From Ascoidea asiatica JCM 7603 (Eukaryota; Fungi; Ascomycota), in assembly GCA_001600695.1 (NCBI GenBank), contig BCKQ01000005.1, forward strand, positions 264,215 through 328,214: 64,000 nt of DNA, written 5' to 3'. The notes below the pieces were generated by a model, which had not been told where the DNA came from, did no database searches, and saw only the letters and a list, made by a program, of their open reading frames with translations. Below, piece by piece: positions 44,644-55,658 of the stretch. The stretch's first letter is position 1. Each line of letters starts with the position of its first letter. The translations under genes and the position numbers were made by a program.

Positions 44644-46641
44644 TTAGGAAGAATGTTTTCTATTTTTGTAACCATTATAATCTTCCAATAGCCTATAAAT
44701 GAAATAGATATGCAGAAAAATTTTTAAATGGAGTGCTAGGTTTGGAAATTATGAGCTAATTCAATATTACTTCCAACACCATTTATCCTCTAAGCTCTTG
44801 AGTTCATTACCCCAACTTTTATTCTCGAATGGATTACTGCAAAGCTTATTGAACTTATGTAATAAACTTAAGGATTCCTCTTCACAATTATCCTCTTTGC
44901 ACTTTGCAATGACTTCATCAAAAATATCATTAGTGGGGACAAATTTTGGATTATATTTCGAAGAAGGATTCTCAGTAACTTTTTTTTCACTATCGGCTTC
45001 ATTTTTAATACGATGGTGAAACTCCTTTAGCCAATCGGAAACAATATCAGTTATGTAGTCTTCTTCATCTAATTTTCTGGGACCATTATTTTTAATAAGT
45101 GTAATTGCAAATTTTTTGTAATCACAATCAGAATTTTCTGAAAAATCGATTTTAGACAAATTATAAAAAAAGCGATTATAGCTTAATTCAGATTTCCATA
45201 GCATTGCTAGCATAGGTTGAAAAATTTTTTCTTCATCATCATTTTTTCTTTCTTTTAAGCCTAATCTATTTCTCAACGTTTCAGTATATACCTTAATATA
45301 TTCATCTTGAAATTCATCTGAACAAATATTTATAATTTTTGTTGCTCTTTCAATTACATTTTTTTCCCATTCTGGCTTTAATTTTAAAGTTTTTTCAAAT
45401 TCAATACAATTTGATTTGCCAATACCAATTAATTCACATAAATCTTCTCCAAGTCTTGTTAAATTCCACATAATCATAGAAGGAGAATTATGATAATTAT
45501 ATCTTCCAATAGTATCATCACTATTTGCAGTAAAATTTGGACTAAATTTATCCATTATAGAAAATGGGCCAAAATCAATACATAAGCCAAGAATAGAAGT
45601 ATTATCTGTATTTAAAACACCATTTAGAAATCCATAAACTTGAGACAATGCGATTGTCTTTGCATTTCTTTTAACAATTTCTAAATAAAGCAAATCATAC
45701 TTTGAAATATCATTTTCATCAATTTCATATTTTTCTAAATATTTTGAATTAAAGGTGATAGAAGATATTTGAGAACTTTCAAAACTTTGAGAAGCTTGAG
45801 AGGTTTGAGAAGTTTGTAGAATATGTTCAATATTGATTGAATCTTTGAAATGATTATTGATAATATAATTAGACAATAACACAGTACTTTTTCTATCTCC
45901 TTTCCAACGATAAAAATCAAAATGACCAATTCTGATCCAAGATTTTGCAAACCTTGAAATAACAGCACATTTTTGAGCACCATTAGCTTGTGCATAAGTC
46001 TCAGGTAAAAATGATAAAGTTAAAGCTCTAGTAGATGGAATTCCAATTGAATTAAGAAATTCAGAAATAAAAAATTCTCTAATTGCAGATGATAAAGTTG
46101 ATTTACCATTAGCAAATCTAGAATATGGAGTTTTTCCAGAGCCTTTTAATTGCAATGAGTAACCTTCTAAATCAAATAAATTTAAAGCACGTCCATCACC
46201 CAATTGACCTGCAAAAGAACCGAACTGAAATCCTGAATAAGCATATGAAAACGGAAATATAGTTTTATTGATAAATACTTTTTCACCCGAAAAAATAGAT
46301 TGAAAACCTTTATTTTCTAATTCTGTTATTAAATCAATTTTTAAATCTCTTACACCATTGATTGATGAAAGAAGATACTTATAAGATTTTCTTCTCTCAG
46401 GAAGAGAATAAGAAAAAACTCCTTCTAATATATTTCTTGGTTTATGTAGAAAATCTTCATTCAAATAGTCTAAAGTAGATTCAGGAGGAATTGAAGGCAC
46501 ATCAGGAAAATTATTCAACTTCAAGGCATCTGGAACAGCAGAATAAGGAGGCGAAGGTATTCGAATATCTGGCTCTAATCCAGAATTAAGTAGTGTAGGT
46601 TTAAATCTACTAAAAAGAGGAATATAGCTTTTAGAAGGCAT
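44644..46641 (-). CDS. FMP40: Protein adenylyltransferase SelO/Fmp40 (AMPylase), divergent. Main exon 46641-44771 plus candidate last exon 44692-44644; unspliced stop at 44767
   Basis: YSGFQFGSFAGQLGDGR, LQLKGSGKTPYSRF, SRFAKSWIRIG, NGVLNTDN, IDFGPF, WNLTRLGE. The family call is secure; the 3' end is uncertain. Confidence 0.88.
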
Positions 46642-47086
46642 TGATCTTTCCAAATAATGAAAAAAAAAAAATGTTTAGTTCTGCTGTTGGTATAGTGATT
46701 CTCTCAAATAATTTATTTCTGACAAAGACACCAATACGTTAGTACAATCGAAGTAAACCGCAGAAGCAGAGGCAGAAGCTCTACAATTTGCTGTTCCAGA
46801 CAATGTTGCTCCGCATTCTTTCTCAAGATCTCTCTGCCATCCGGGCCCGGTTTTTTTCCTGGCCCGGCGGAGAGCACCAAACTTCGGTTCCACTCAAAAC
46901 GCTGTTTTTGAGGTAGCGAGTTTGAAAAGAAACTGAGTATCAAGCTCCATTGCTTTTTTCACTGAAGGAATTTAAAATGTTATTGGAACAAAATAAAGGA
47001 AGAGCTTTTTTCTCTTTGAAATAATAACAATATACAAGTAAATTTGTTGTTAAATATAAAGCAAACTAAAAGTTCCTTGAATATCA

Positions 47087-47441
47087 ATGTCTAGCTTATC
47101 TTTAGATGCTGTCGAATCTTTGGATGTCAACTCTAAAAAGGAAATTATGCAGTGGATTCAATCTGAAAAATCTAAATCAAAGGTTCAAGAATCAATTCAC
47201 AATTTCACAAATATTTGTTTTAAAAAATGTATATTCAAAGTAGATTCACCTGAGCTTTCTTCTACTGAATCTAATTGTTTAAATGGCTGCTTGAATAATT
47301 TTTTAGATATTAATATCAAAGTAGTTAAAGGGTATGTATTAGTTAAAAAAAAATCACTTCAAGCTTTTAATTTTTTGAAATTTCAGTTTACTAATCTTTT
47401 TTTATCATTCTAGACTTCAGTCTGTACAAAAGCAAATTTAA
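47087..47441 (+). CDS. TIM8: Mitochondrial small Tim chaperone Tim8; exons 47087-47331 and 47414-47441; 90 aa
   Basis: SKSKVQESIHNFTNICFKKC and CLNGC (twin CX3C). Splicing gives VVKGLQSVQKQI*, like Tim8 C-termini. Confidence 0.93.
47332..47413 (+). other. Spliceosomal intron of TIM8 (82 nt)
   Basis: GTATGT donor, TACTAAT at 47389-47395, TAG acceptor. Confidence 0.9.
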
Positions 47442-47486
47442 TCAAATTTGAAGAAATATGATTAAATATGATTAAATATAAATAAA

Positions 47487-47494
47487 TGTAAATA
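47487..47494 (+). promoter_or_regulatory. Puf3 element TGTAAATA in the TIM8 3' UTR
   Basis: Canonical motif 46 nt after the spliced stop. Confidence 0.55.
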
Positions 47495-47809
47495 AATTAA
47501 ATTTTCAAATAAATTAATATTATTATCTACTGAATATATACGTTTTGTATATTCTATATAATTTGGTATTAATAATATTTCTTTTTCACTACAGGCTCTT
47601 GACAAAATCATCAGAAAGTAGAATAGGAAAGATTTTTACAAACATTTAGCTATTAAAAATCTTTCATATATACTGCACATACTTCATAAATTTACCAAAA
47701 TTATCATTTTCTGCCAAAAAAAAAAAAAAAAAATTTGATTAGAAATAGCAATATGGAAATAAATATATATAATTTTAAAATTTTATATTGAGTTATTTTT
47801 TTTTCTTTT

Positions 47810-49744
47810 TTAAAATTGATTTATTTCAGATAATTCCGGCATATGATTTGAAACAACATTATGATTTCCAGACTCTTGTTTGATTTTTCTGAAAGGAATA
47901 TTTTTCAACAATCTTCCTTTTCCTGCTCTTATGCTTTTTAATGTGATTGGATTAGTGAATCCACCATTTCCATTAATCTCAATTCCATCTGAATTGTATT
48001 CATGTCGAGTTTTTTTGTAAACAGTAATTGGTGGTTCTGGTAAAGTATTAGACTTAACTTCTGTGCGTGGTTGATTTGGAGCTGATATTAAAACTGCTTC
48101 AGGCTGAAGTTCATTTTCTAGTTCTTGATTGATTTCTTGATTATTTTGAGCAACTTTAGAGTTATTAATCAGAGATTTTGTATCCGAAGTAGACTGATCA
48201 AGATCCATAAGAAACTCTTGTTGCTGATTTTTAGTATTTGTTGACCGAGCTCTATGTACCTCAGGTCGTGCTAATTCTCTTGCTTTTGCTTCCTTTTTTT
48301 CTACTTCACTATTATTTTTCAAAAAAGATTTACGATTATCTTGAAAGTTGTTAGCATTATCACTGAGCTTTTCTTTATTAGTTAAAATATTCCCAGGACT
48401 AACTTTTTTGAAGTTAGCTTCATTCAAAGGACTGGACATAAAAGTTACCTTTCTATTCAAATTAGGATTGATTTCAGGGAAATGAATAGGAACTGCTTCT
48501 TGACCATTAGATTGAGTTATAGTTTCAGGTTTATATTCCAAATTGGATTTTATTCTATCAGGATTTTTTACAGGCAAATTGAATATGGGAATCTCTTCAA
48601 AATTTTTGCTATTTTGATTTGAAAAATCTGATAATTCTGGAAGTTTGTTTAAACCTTGTGAGTTTTCTTCTATTTTTTGTTCTGGAGTATCATTAGAATC
48701 TATTGCCTCCATCGAATCTGATTTATCTGGAACATTCAAATCGGAAGATGAGTCGTTATCAGACTTTGAGGATTTTTCTTGTTGATTAGTCGAAGTGAAA
48801 GTTTTTTTTTCAGTTTTATCTTTTGGAATCTCAGAACTGATTATTTTAGATGAGAGTGAATCTTTTAATCTCTGACGTCTATTGTTTTTATCTAGATTAA
48901 ATTTGTCCTTAATTTTCCGTTTTATATTATCTTTAACTTTTTTTAGAGGTTTATCTTCATATGTAGATTTTTCTTCCTTTTCATCTTTTTCCTCATTTTC
49001 ATATCTTTCATCTTGTTCTTCTTGCATAAATTCATGGTTATGGACAGGTTTATTATTCAAGACAGTGTTTTCTTCAAAATGAACAGGTTTATTACGAACA
49101 GGAATAACAGTTTCTTGAGTAGGACCATTATTAATAATTAGAGTATTAACCTGCTTTTGACTAATCTGCTTGTCCTTAAGTGTTGGCTCGTTTTTATTTA
49201 ATTTTTGAGGAATTGAATTATCCTCAAATGGGGTATTCTTTGTTTCAACATTAATTGGATTCTTATGAACAATATTTTCACTTGTAGATGAGAAATCAGT
49301 ATTAAATTGATGTTCTTGAAGAATTGGAGAAATTAAGCCATCATGTGAAATAGATTTAGAAATATCTAAGTTTTCTTTTGTTTCTTTTGACAACTGAGTT
49401 TCTAAAGGTTTAAGTTCAATTGTTTTTTTTGAAATTTCAGGTTTGAATTCACCACTTGTATTATATGGAGCAATTGCTAAATCAATTCCATTTGCTAAAC
49501 AAGAACCAGAAAAATGATCTCTTGATGCAAAAAAATGTTCCTGTTTCAAACAGACATCAGTTATACATCCCATAATTGATAGTTTATTATAACATAAAAA
49601 TTCCATGGTAGCAGGTTTATTAAATGACCATTTTGCTACAGAATCTGAACAAATTTGATAACATTGAGGAGGCCCAGTTGCCGCACCTTTTATAATAGTA
49701 ATATAAAAAGGAACTAAAAGAAATAATTTAATATGCTTAAGCAT
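47810..49744 (-). CDS. Secreted protein with N-terminal CFEM-like Cys domain and long hydrophilic tail
   Basis: Signal peptide, then PPQCYQIC...FLC...MGCITDVC...SRDHFSGSC (Ccw14-like CFEM spacing, 6 Cys); no GPI signal visible. Confidence 0.65.
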   Translation of the reverse strand: MLKHIKLFLLVPFYITIIKGAATGPPQCYQICSDSVAKWSFNKPATMEFLCYNKLSIMGCITDVCLKQEHFFASRDHFSGSCLANGIDLAIAPYNTSGEFKPEISKKTIELKPLETQLSKETKENLDISKSISHDGLISPILQEHQFNTDFSSTSENIVHKNPINVETKNTPFEDNSIPQKLNKNEPTLKDKQISQKQVNTLIINNGPTQETVIPVRNKPVHFEENTVLNNKPVHNHEFMQEEQDERYENEEKDEKEEKSTYEDKPLKKVKDNIKRKIKDKFNLDKNNRRQRLKDSLSSKIISSEIPKDKTEKKTFTSTNQQEKSSKSDNDSSSDLNVPDKSDSMEAIDSNDTPEQKIEENSQGLNKLPELSDFSNQNSKNFEEIPIFNLPVKNPDRIKSNLEYKPETITQSNGQEAVPIHFPEINPNLNRKVTFMSSPLNEANFKKVSPGNILTNKEKLSDNANNFQDNRKSFLKNNSEVEKKEAKARELARPEVHRARSTNTKNQQQEFLMDLDQSTSDTKSLINNSKVAQNNQEINQELENELQPEAVLISAPNQPRTEVKSNTLPEPPITVYKKTRHEYNSDGIEINGNGGFTNPITLKSIRAGKGRLLKNIPFRKIKQESGNHNVVSNHMPELSEINQF

Positions 49745-50470
49745 TTTTAATAATTAGTTTAAAAGATTAAAAGATTGAAATTTCATTAAATGAGTATTCT
49801 CTTTTATTTGAAATTTTTTATTTGGTTATAGTTAATCAAGTTTTAAGTTCTCTTTTATTCTATATTTATTCATAATAACCTAAGAATAAAAACCAATAAT
49901 TATAAATCTTGTTTATTATTTTCAAACATTACAGTGACGTTATATTAAAAATGCATAAATTACATCAAAAGTACGTATATTGAACAAAACTAAGCTATAT
50001 TCAAAATAACTATGCTCAAAGGATAATTTTTTTCTCAATAAAAATTCTTTTTTTAACACAAAACCTATTTTCAATGTAATAAACACTAAAATTTTGAATT
50101 CTTATTTTGAAAAAATAAAAAAAAAAATTCAGTGATCTTTCAAATCTTTGTGTTCTTCAAAATAAACTCAATCCATTTTAATTCAATCACAGACACTGAA
50201 GCCATATCTGTGGATGAACTTTAAAGAACGTAGTCAAACGAAAGGTACAATACGGTAGAGCAGTGTAAAGCACAGAATGTTACGATAACTTCGGCGTTAA
50301 CTTAAAAACTATATAATAAAATGGCAGAGAAAATATAATGAAATAAATGAAATAAAATGAATTAAAGTGTAATATCTAAATACTTTTACAGATTTTTATA
50401 AATGTACCGTTTTATTTTTTTATTTTTATTTTTTTTTTATTGAAGAAAAAAGAATTGAACTTTTAAAAAA

Positions 50471-52555
50471 TTAATCAGATGAATGGCCATCATCAGTTGC
50501 TGGGGCTGAGACACCTCTTAAAGTAAGAGGATAAAAATCTTCATTATCAGAATCGTTTTCATTTAATTTGAAGCCCATATAATCTTCAGTTCCTAAAAGT
50601 TCATTTGATTCTTGTAAAGTTCCTAAATCACCGGGAGTCATTAAAGTTGATCTATCTTTTGGCGAACCTGGAGCAGATAATGGTCTTGTTAATTTAACTT
50701 GATGAGAATTAGAAAAAGGATTTGAACCACCAGTTTTAAATTGATCAGGGTAAGCTCTTCTTAAGGCTAATTGTCTTGCTTTTATATATTCTAAACCCAT
50801 TCTTTTCCAATCAAGTAAATCAGATAATCTTTCAGTTCTATTTCTTTGATTAATTCTTTGTCTTCTAGTTTTTTGAGCAAAATCAAACATATAATCAGTT
50901 AATTGATCAATACTTTCATCAACAGATTTTAATCTTCTATCAACAATATAAATACCATAATCAGCAGAATTTTCTATTAAATCTTCCATATAACAACCAA
51001 AACCAGATAAATTTGTTGTAATTGAAGGAACACCCATTACAGTACATTCAGCAGGGGTATAACCCCAAGGTTCATAATAAGAAGGAAAAACACCTAAATG
51101 ACAACCTCTAACAAATTCATCATAATCTAAAGGTAAAACAGGATTATTTGAATTTAAAAATTCAGGATGAAAAATTATTTTAACTCTATCTTCAGATTTA
51201 TTAAATAATTGAACTTTTCTAATTTGATTTAAAATTGGATCATTTGCATCATCAGTCATATTATGAGTTACAATTGGTGGTAAAGAATCTCTTTTTAAAG
51301 CAAAAACTCTTCTTTTTAAAAGAACTCTATCAGCAGGTTTAATTAATTCATCTAAAGTTGGAACTTCTTTACCATGTTGTTGATATCTTGCAGAATGATC
51401 TAATAATCTTTTACCAATTGAAACTTGTAATTCACTTACAGTATTTTCTAAAGCTTTTATTACAGCTTGACCTCTTAAAGTTTCAGCAGTATAAGAATTA
51501 GTTAAAGCAGGCATAATTATAAAAGCAATAACAGTCATTTTTGAACCAGATTCTTTTAATTTATGATTTAATCTTGCAAGAGATTCAATAAAAAAATCAG
51601 CACCTTTATTTCTATATTCATATCTACCAGCAATAAAAAAATATAAAGTATTTTCTAAATCAAAATCATATTTACCATAAAAATGACCTCTAACAAAATC
51701 ATTAATTTTTTCTTTTTTTAAAGCATGTAAATTTTGAAATTCATGAACAGCAGAAAATTTAACAACATTTAAACCATTTGGTAAAACACCATCAGGTTTT
51801 CTTTTTAATAAATGTTCAGATTCATAAGCAGTAATATGAGAAACGGTTGTAAAAACATCAGCAGAATGAGCAGCAGCTCTTTCAATACAATATCTATGAT
51901 ATATACCTCTTTTACCAGCTTCAGCATCAACATCAAAATTTGATAAATTATTATAAAAATCTACAGAACCTGCACAAAGATATCTACCAAGTAAAGTTGC
52001 ATGAGTTGTAAAAATAGTTGTTGTATCAATTCTTCTTTTTCTACATAAAGGTAAAGCAACAGCAGCTAACCATTCATGACAATGAGTAATAATTGCTCTT
52101 TCTCTATCATGGAATGCTAATTCCCCAATAAACCAAGCAACTAAATAACCTAATAATATAGCATTATTTGATTCTTCATCATTTGGAGGAGTTGGAATTG
52201 CAGCAACATTCCAAAGATCAGCTTTCCATTCATCTAAAAATCTTTTACCAGAATTTAAATCAAAAAATAAAACTCTTGGAGCACCTTCAATTAACCATCT
52301 ACCATACATCCAAATAATACCTTTTGAAGACATTGAATCTAAAGCAGCTTTAATTTTTTCATCTTTTAATGGTAATTCTTCAACTTCAATTTTAACGGAA
52401 TTATAATTTAAAGGACCAATTAAAGTATATCTTTCTCTATATTCAGCAACAGTAATTGGAGCTTTTGATTTTAAAACAGAATAAATTCCACCAACTCTAT
52501 TTGCAACTTCAGTTGCAACTTCAAATAATAAATGATTTTTTATATCTCTTGTCAT
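50471..52555 (-). CDS. GSY1: Glycogen synthase (Gsy1/Gsy2 ortholog)
   Basis: [45 protein letters not shown], and phosphoregulatory RPLSAPGSP...MTP. Confidence 0.97.
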   Translation of the reverse strand: MTRDIKNHLLFEVATEVANRVGGIYSVLKSKAPITVAEYRERYTLIGPLNYNSVKIEVEELPLKDEKIKAALDSMSSKGIIWMYGRWLIEGAPRVLFFDLNSGKRFLDEWKADLWNVAAIPTPPNDEESNNAILLGYLVAWFIGELAFHDRERAIITHCHEWLAAVALPLCRKRRIDTTTIFTTHATLLGRYLCAGSVDFYNNLSNFDVDAEAGKRGIYHRYCIERAAAHSADVFTTVSHITAYESEHLLKRKPDGVLPNGLNVVKFSAVHEFQNLHALKKEKINDFVRGHFYGKYDFDLENTLYFFIAGRYEYRNKGADFFIESLARLNHKLKESGSKMTVIAFIIMPALTNSYTAETLRGQAVIKALENTVSELQVSIGKRLLDHSARYQQHGKEVPTLDELIKPADRVLLKRRVFALKRDSLPPIVTHNMTDDANDPILNQIRKVQLFNKSEDRVKIIFHPEFLNSNNPVLPLDYDEFVRGCHLGVFPSYYEPWGYTPAECTVMGVPSITTNLSGFGCYMEDLIENSADYGIYIVDRRLKSVDESIDQLTDYMFDFAQKTRRQRINQRNRTERLSDLLDWKRMGLEYIKARQLALRRAYPDQFKTGGSNPFSNSHQVKLTRPLSAPGSPKDRSTLMTPGDLGTLQESNELLGTEDYMGFKLNENDSDNEDFYPLTLRGVSAPATDDGHSSD

Positions 52556-52870
52556 TTTTTGAATTGAATATGAATATTTTTAATTTTTTTGTAATATTAA
52601 TATAAAAATAGATATATATATATAAATAGATAAATATAGATAGATAAATATATAAATATAGATATATGTATAAAATTGAATGAAGATTCAAGAGAAATGG
52701 ATATAAAAAATGTGTCTATAATAAATATAAATGAATAGAATGATAAAGTGTTTAATAATGAAAAAAATCTAAATTTTTATTATGTTTTTATTATTAATTA
52801 ATTATTTGGAAATTGAGTTTGAATTAAATTATTATTAGATTATCAATATTGAATTAACGATTGAATTACC

Positions 52871-52925
52871 TATCGATTTTATCGATTTTATCGATTCTAT
52901 TGATTCTATTGATTCTATTGATTCT
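52871..52925 (+). repeat. 9-nt tandem repeat drifting from TATCGATTT to TATTGATTC
   Basis: About 6 copies seen directly. Confidence 0.8.
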
Positions 52926-53299
52926 TTTGGATTACTATTCCACTATTGTTAGTTGCAATGATGATTGTCTAAGCTGATAAGTTAATAAAAAAGTAAAGAT
53001 TTAAAGATTTAAAGAAACAAAAAACAATGTAAAACAAGAAACAAAAAAAGCAAGAAATGAGGATTAAGAAATAAGAAGAAAGAAGAAAGAAAAAAGAATG
53101 AAATAAAAGAATAAAACAAGAAAACAAGAAAGAACAAAGAAATGAGAAATGAGAAATGAGAAACGAAAAAGTACTGTAGCTGAAAAATAAAAGATAAAAG
53201 ATGATAAGTGACTTACTTAACGTACTTAACTTGGGCAAGGGATAATCACTCCAAGATCCTAACGTGAAGGTTGAAGGATGAGCAGCTGCAAGTGACTGA

Positions 53300-53760
53300 A
53301 CAAACTCATGAACTCATTAAACTTTGGCCCTTGTTGCGATTGTCGGCTCAGACAAAGGATCCAAAATTCACCGCAGAAGCTCGGAGCGCACGACGCAGAG
53401 CGCTTTACGCAGAGCGCTGTCGGATGGATACGCGGGGAGAGAACTGCTGCACCTGCCCTATCTGGGACGCCTGGGACGCCGGGGACGCCGAGGGTCGGTG
53501 CTGGTAGGACGAGACGGGCCCAAATGGGACCCAGTGAGTGATGCTGGATGTATTTCAGGCATCTCCCCGCCACTCTTATTGTTTCAGCCACCCGTGTCAC
53601 CTGACACATTTTTTTTAAAACAAAGGAGTCCAGCTGCCTGGTACTCCTGCGTGTTTTGATTTTGTTGTTTGTATACGAGAAGCACTGAGTCAGGAACGAG
53701 GATTACGCTGCCCAGAAACCTGGTTTCATTTTAGAGCGGCACGTGCCGGTTCTGGTGAAA
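53300..53760. promoter_or_regulatory. GC-rich island in the GSY/Rab divergent promoter: Mig1-type GCGGGG sites (53432-53437; 53565-53570 on minus), palindrome CGGCACGTGCCG (53737-53748), G4 motif
   Basis: 37/60 and 45/60 G+C in the lines starting 53401 and 53461, against very AT-rich flanks. Confidence 0.6.
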
Positions 53761-53808
53761 GTCACTTAATACTATACTATTCTTGCACAGCTATTACCAT
53801 TAGCGTTA

Positions 53809-53840
53809 CACTCACTCACTCACTCACTCACTCACTCACT
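53809..53840 (+). repeat. (CACT)8 microsatellite
   Basis: Seen directly. Confidence 0.95.
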
Positions 53841-54002
53841 GTATTTTATTTATGTATTAATTGATTGTATTGATTCTACTGATTCTACTGAAGTTATAAT
53901 TCAAATCATAAAATATTATCCAACAATTCCAGAGGTTTTTCAAATTAACCTTCTATCATTAGCTATTAGCATTATAGATTATATCCAACTTAAAATATAG
54001 AA

Positions 54003-54044
54003 TATAAAATATAAAATATAAAATATAAAATATAAAATATAAAA
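54003..54044 (+). repeat. (TATAAAA)6 tandem repeat
   Basis: Six exact copies about 230 bp upstream of the Rab ATG. Confidence 0.95.
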
Positions 54045-54275
54045 TATATGCATATGTATATAAAAACTGATCATTTAAAAATATCATTTAACTCTTCGGG
54101 TCAATATATGTAGGTCATTACTGAAATTTATAAATAATTATCATTATATTTATCATTACATTCATTCTTAAATTATAGATTTAAAAGTTTTAATTGATTG
54201 ATTCAAAATTACAGATATATTTATTTTTCAATTTTTTTTCTTTTTTTCTTATTGCAAATATTCAAATTTAATTTA

Positions 54276-55094
54276 ATGTCAAATTCACTTTCTCCTGGTT
54301 CAACTCCAACAATTAAAGTTCTTTTAATTGGTGATCCTGCTGTTGGAAAAACTTCTATAAGAAGTCAATTTATTCATCATGTCTTTTCAAATGCCTATAG
54401 AGCAACTGTTGGTGGAGATTATTTAACTTCAAGAATTAAATTAGATGATCAATATTTATCTAATATACCAATATCTCATTCTCAACCTCAATCTCAATCT
54501 CAATCTCAAAATATATATTCTGATCAAGATTCAATTCAAAACTTAAGTATAAATAAAAGTAAAAATCTAAATCAAAATCAAAATCAAATAAGTTCATCAA
54601 GTGAAGAAAATGAAGCAATTTTACAAATTTGGGATACTGCAGGTCAAGAAAGATTTAATTCAATAGGTAGAACTTTTTATAGAGGTACTGATGTTGCAAT
54701 ATTAGTTTATGATATTACAAATCCAAATTCTTTTTATAATTTATCAAAATGGGTATCTGATTTCTTAGAAAATGTTCATGTTTCAAAACCAAGTATAATT
54801 ATTGTAGGTAATAAAATTGATAAACCAATTAATGAACATTTAATAAGTTTAAGACAATGTAGAGATTTTGTATTAAATAATGATAATTTTATTGATGAAT
54901 ATTTAAATAATTTAAATCATGATATATTTCAAATATCTGCTAAAAATTTTGATCAAGTTCAACAAATTTTTAAAAGAGTAACTTATCTTGGTTTAAAAGG
55001 TTTAGAACAAAATCATACTGTTATGACTTTCGATAATATTGATATTTCAAGTCAAAATTCTTTAAATCCTCCAAAAATGTTTGGTTGTTGTTAA
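54276..55094 (+). CDS. Atypical Rab GTPase, Ypt7/Rab7-like, with a low-complexity insertion; 272 aa
   Basis: GDPAVGKT, YRATVGGDYL, WDTAGQERF, FYRG, GNKID, ISAK, and a C-terminal CC prenylation motif. First ATG at 54276. Confidence 0.85.
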   Translation: MSNSLSPGSTPTIKVLLIGDPAVGKTSIRSQFIHHVFSNAYRATVGGDYLTSRIKLDDQYLSNIPISHSQPQSQSQSQNIYSDQDSIQNLSINKSKNLNQNQNQISSSSEENEAILQIWDTAGQERFNSIGRTFYRGTDVAILVYDITNPNSFYNLSKWVSDFLENVHVSKPSIIIVGNKIDKPINEHLISLRQCRDFVLNNDNFIDEYLNNLNHDIFQISAKNFDQVQQIFKRVTYLGLKGLEQNHTVMTFDNIDISSQNSLNPPKMFGCC

Positions 55095-55430
55095 TAATTT
55101 CTGAATTTTTATTATCTCATTTTTTCTTTTTTTTTTTTTATTTTTATAATGATTTAATTTATTGTCTTATTAGAATATTAGAATATTAGAATATTAATCT
55201 TTTATTTTTTTCCCATATCCATGCTAATCAATCAAATTACTTCTTTTTCTTACAAAATTAAGTATTTTGTTTCTATTTAATCTTTTATTTTAATTTTAAT
55301 TCTTATTTTCATTTTTCTCCATTAAATTTATGTTAATTGCTCTTTTTACCTTTTTCATACTTTTTTTTTTATCACTTTTAATAATATTATCTACATAATT
55401 ATAATTTAAATTTTTAATCGTTAATTTATT

Positions 55431-55461
<31 letters not shown>

Positions 55462-55658
55462 CTTTCTTTATTATCTATTAAATCCGTTTTTCATATAATA
55501 TAAAATATACAATATAATCTAATCTAATTTAATAAACAGTTTTTTTTTTGTTTCTATATACAAGAATTATCTATAAACTAAAAAAAAAAAGAAAAAGAAA
55601 AAAAGTAAAAAAAAATTAATTATTTAATGATTTAATTATTTGTTTATTTATTATTTAT

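Noticed and set aside
46719-46744. TACTAAC...CAG upstream of FMP40 as a coding intron
   Set aside because: The downstream frame has a stop before the FMP40 ATG and no clear donor was found. The ATG at 46641 already gives a full-length N-terminus; at most a UTR intron.
50175-50310. Small hairpin (CACAGA/TCTGTG) and CTGA/GATGA words suggesting a C/D snoRNA
   Set aside because: No properly placed terminal C and D boxes and only a short rRNA-complementary stretch.
53259-53659. Four overlapping ORFs in the GC island
   Set aside because: Codon usage is unlike the real genes, no motifs are recognisable, and stop-codon scarcity in GC-rich DNA explains the open frames.
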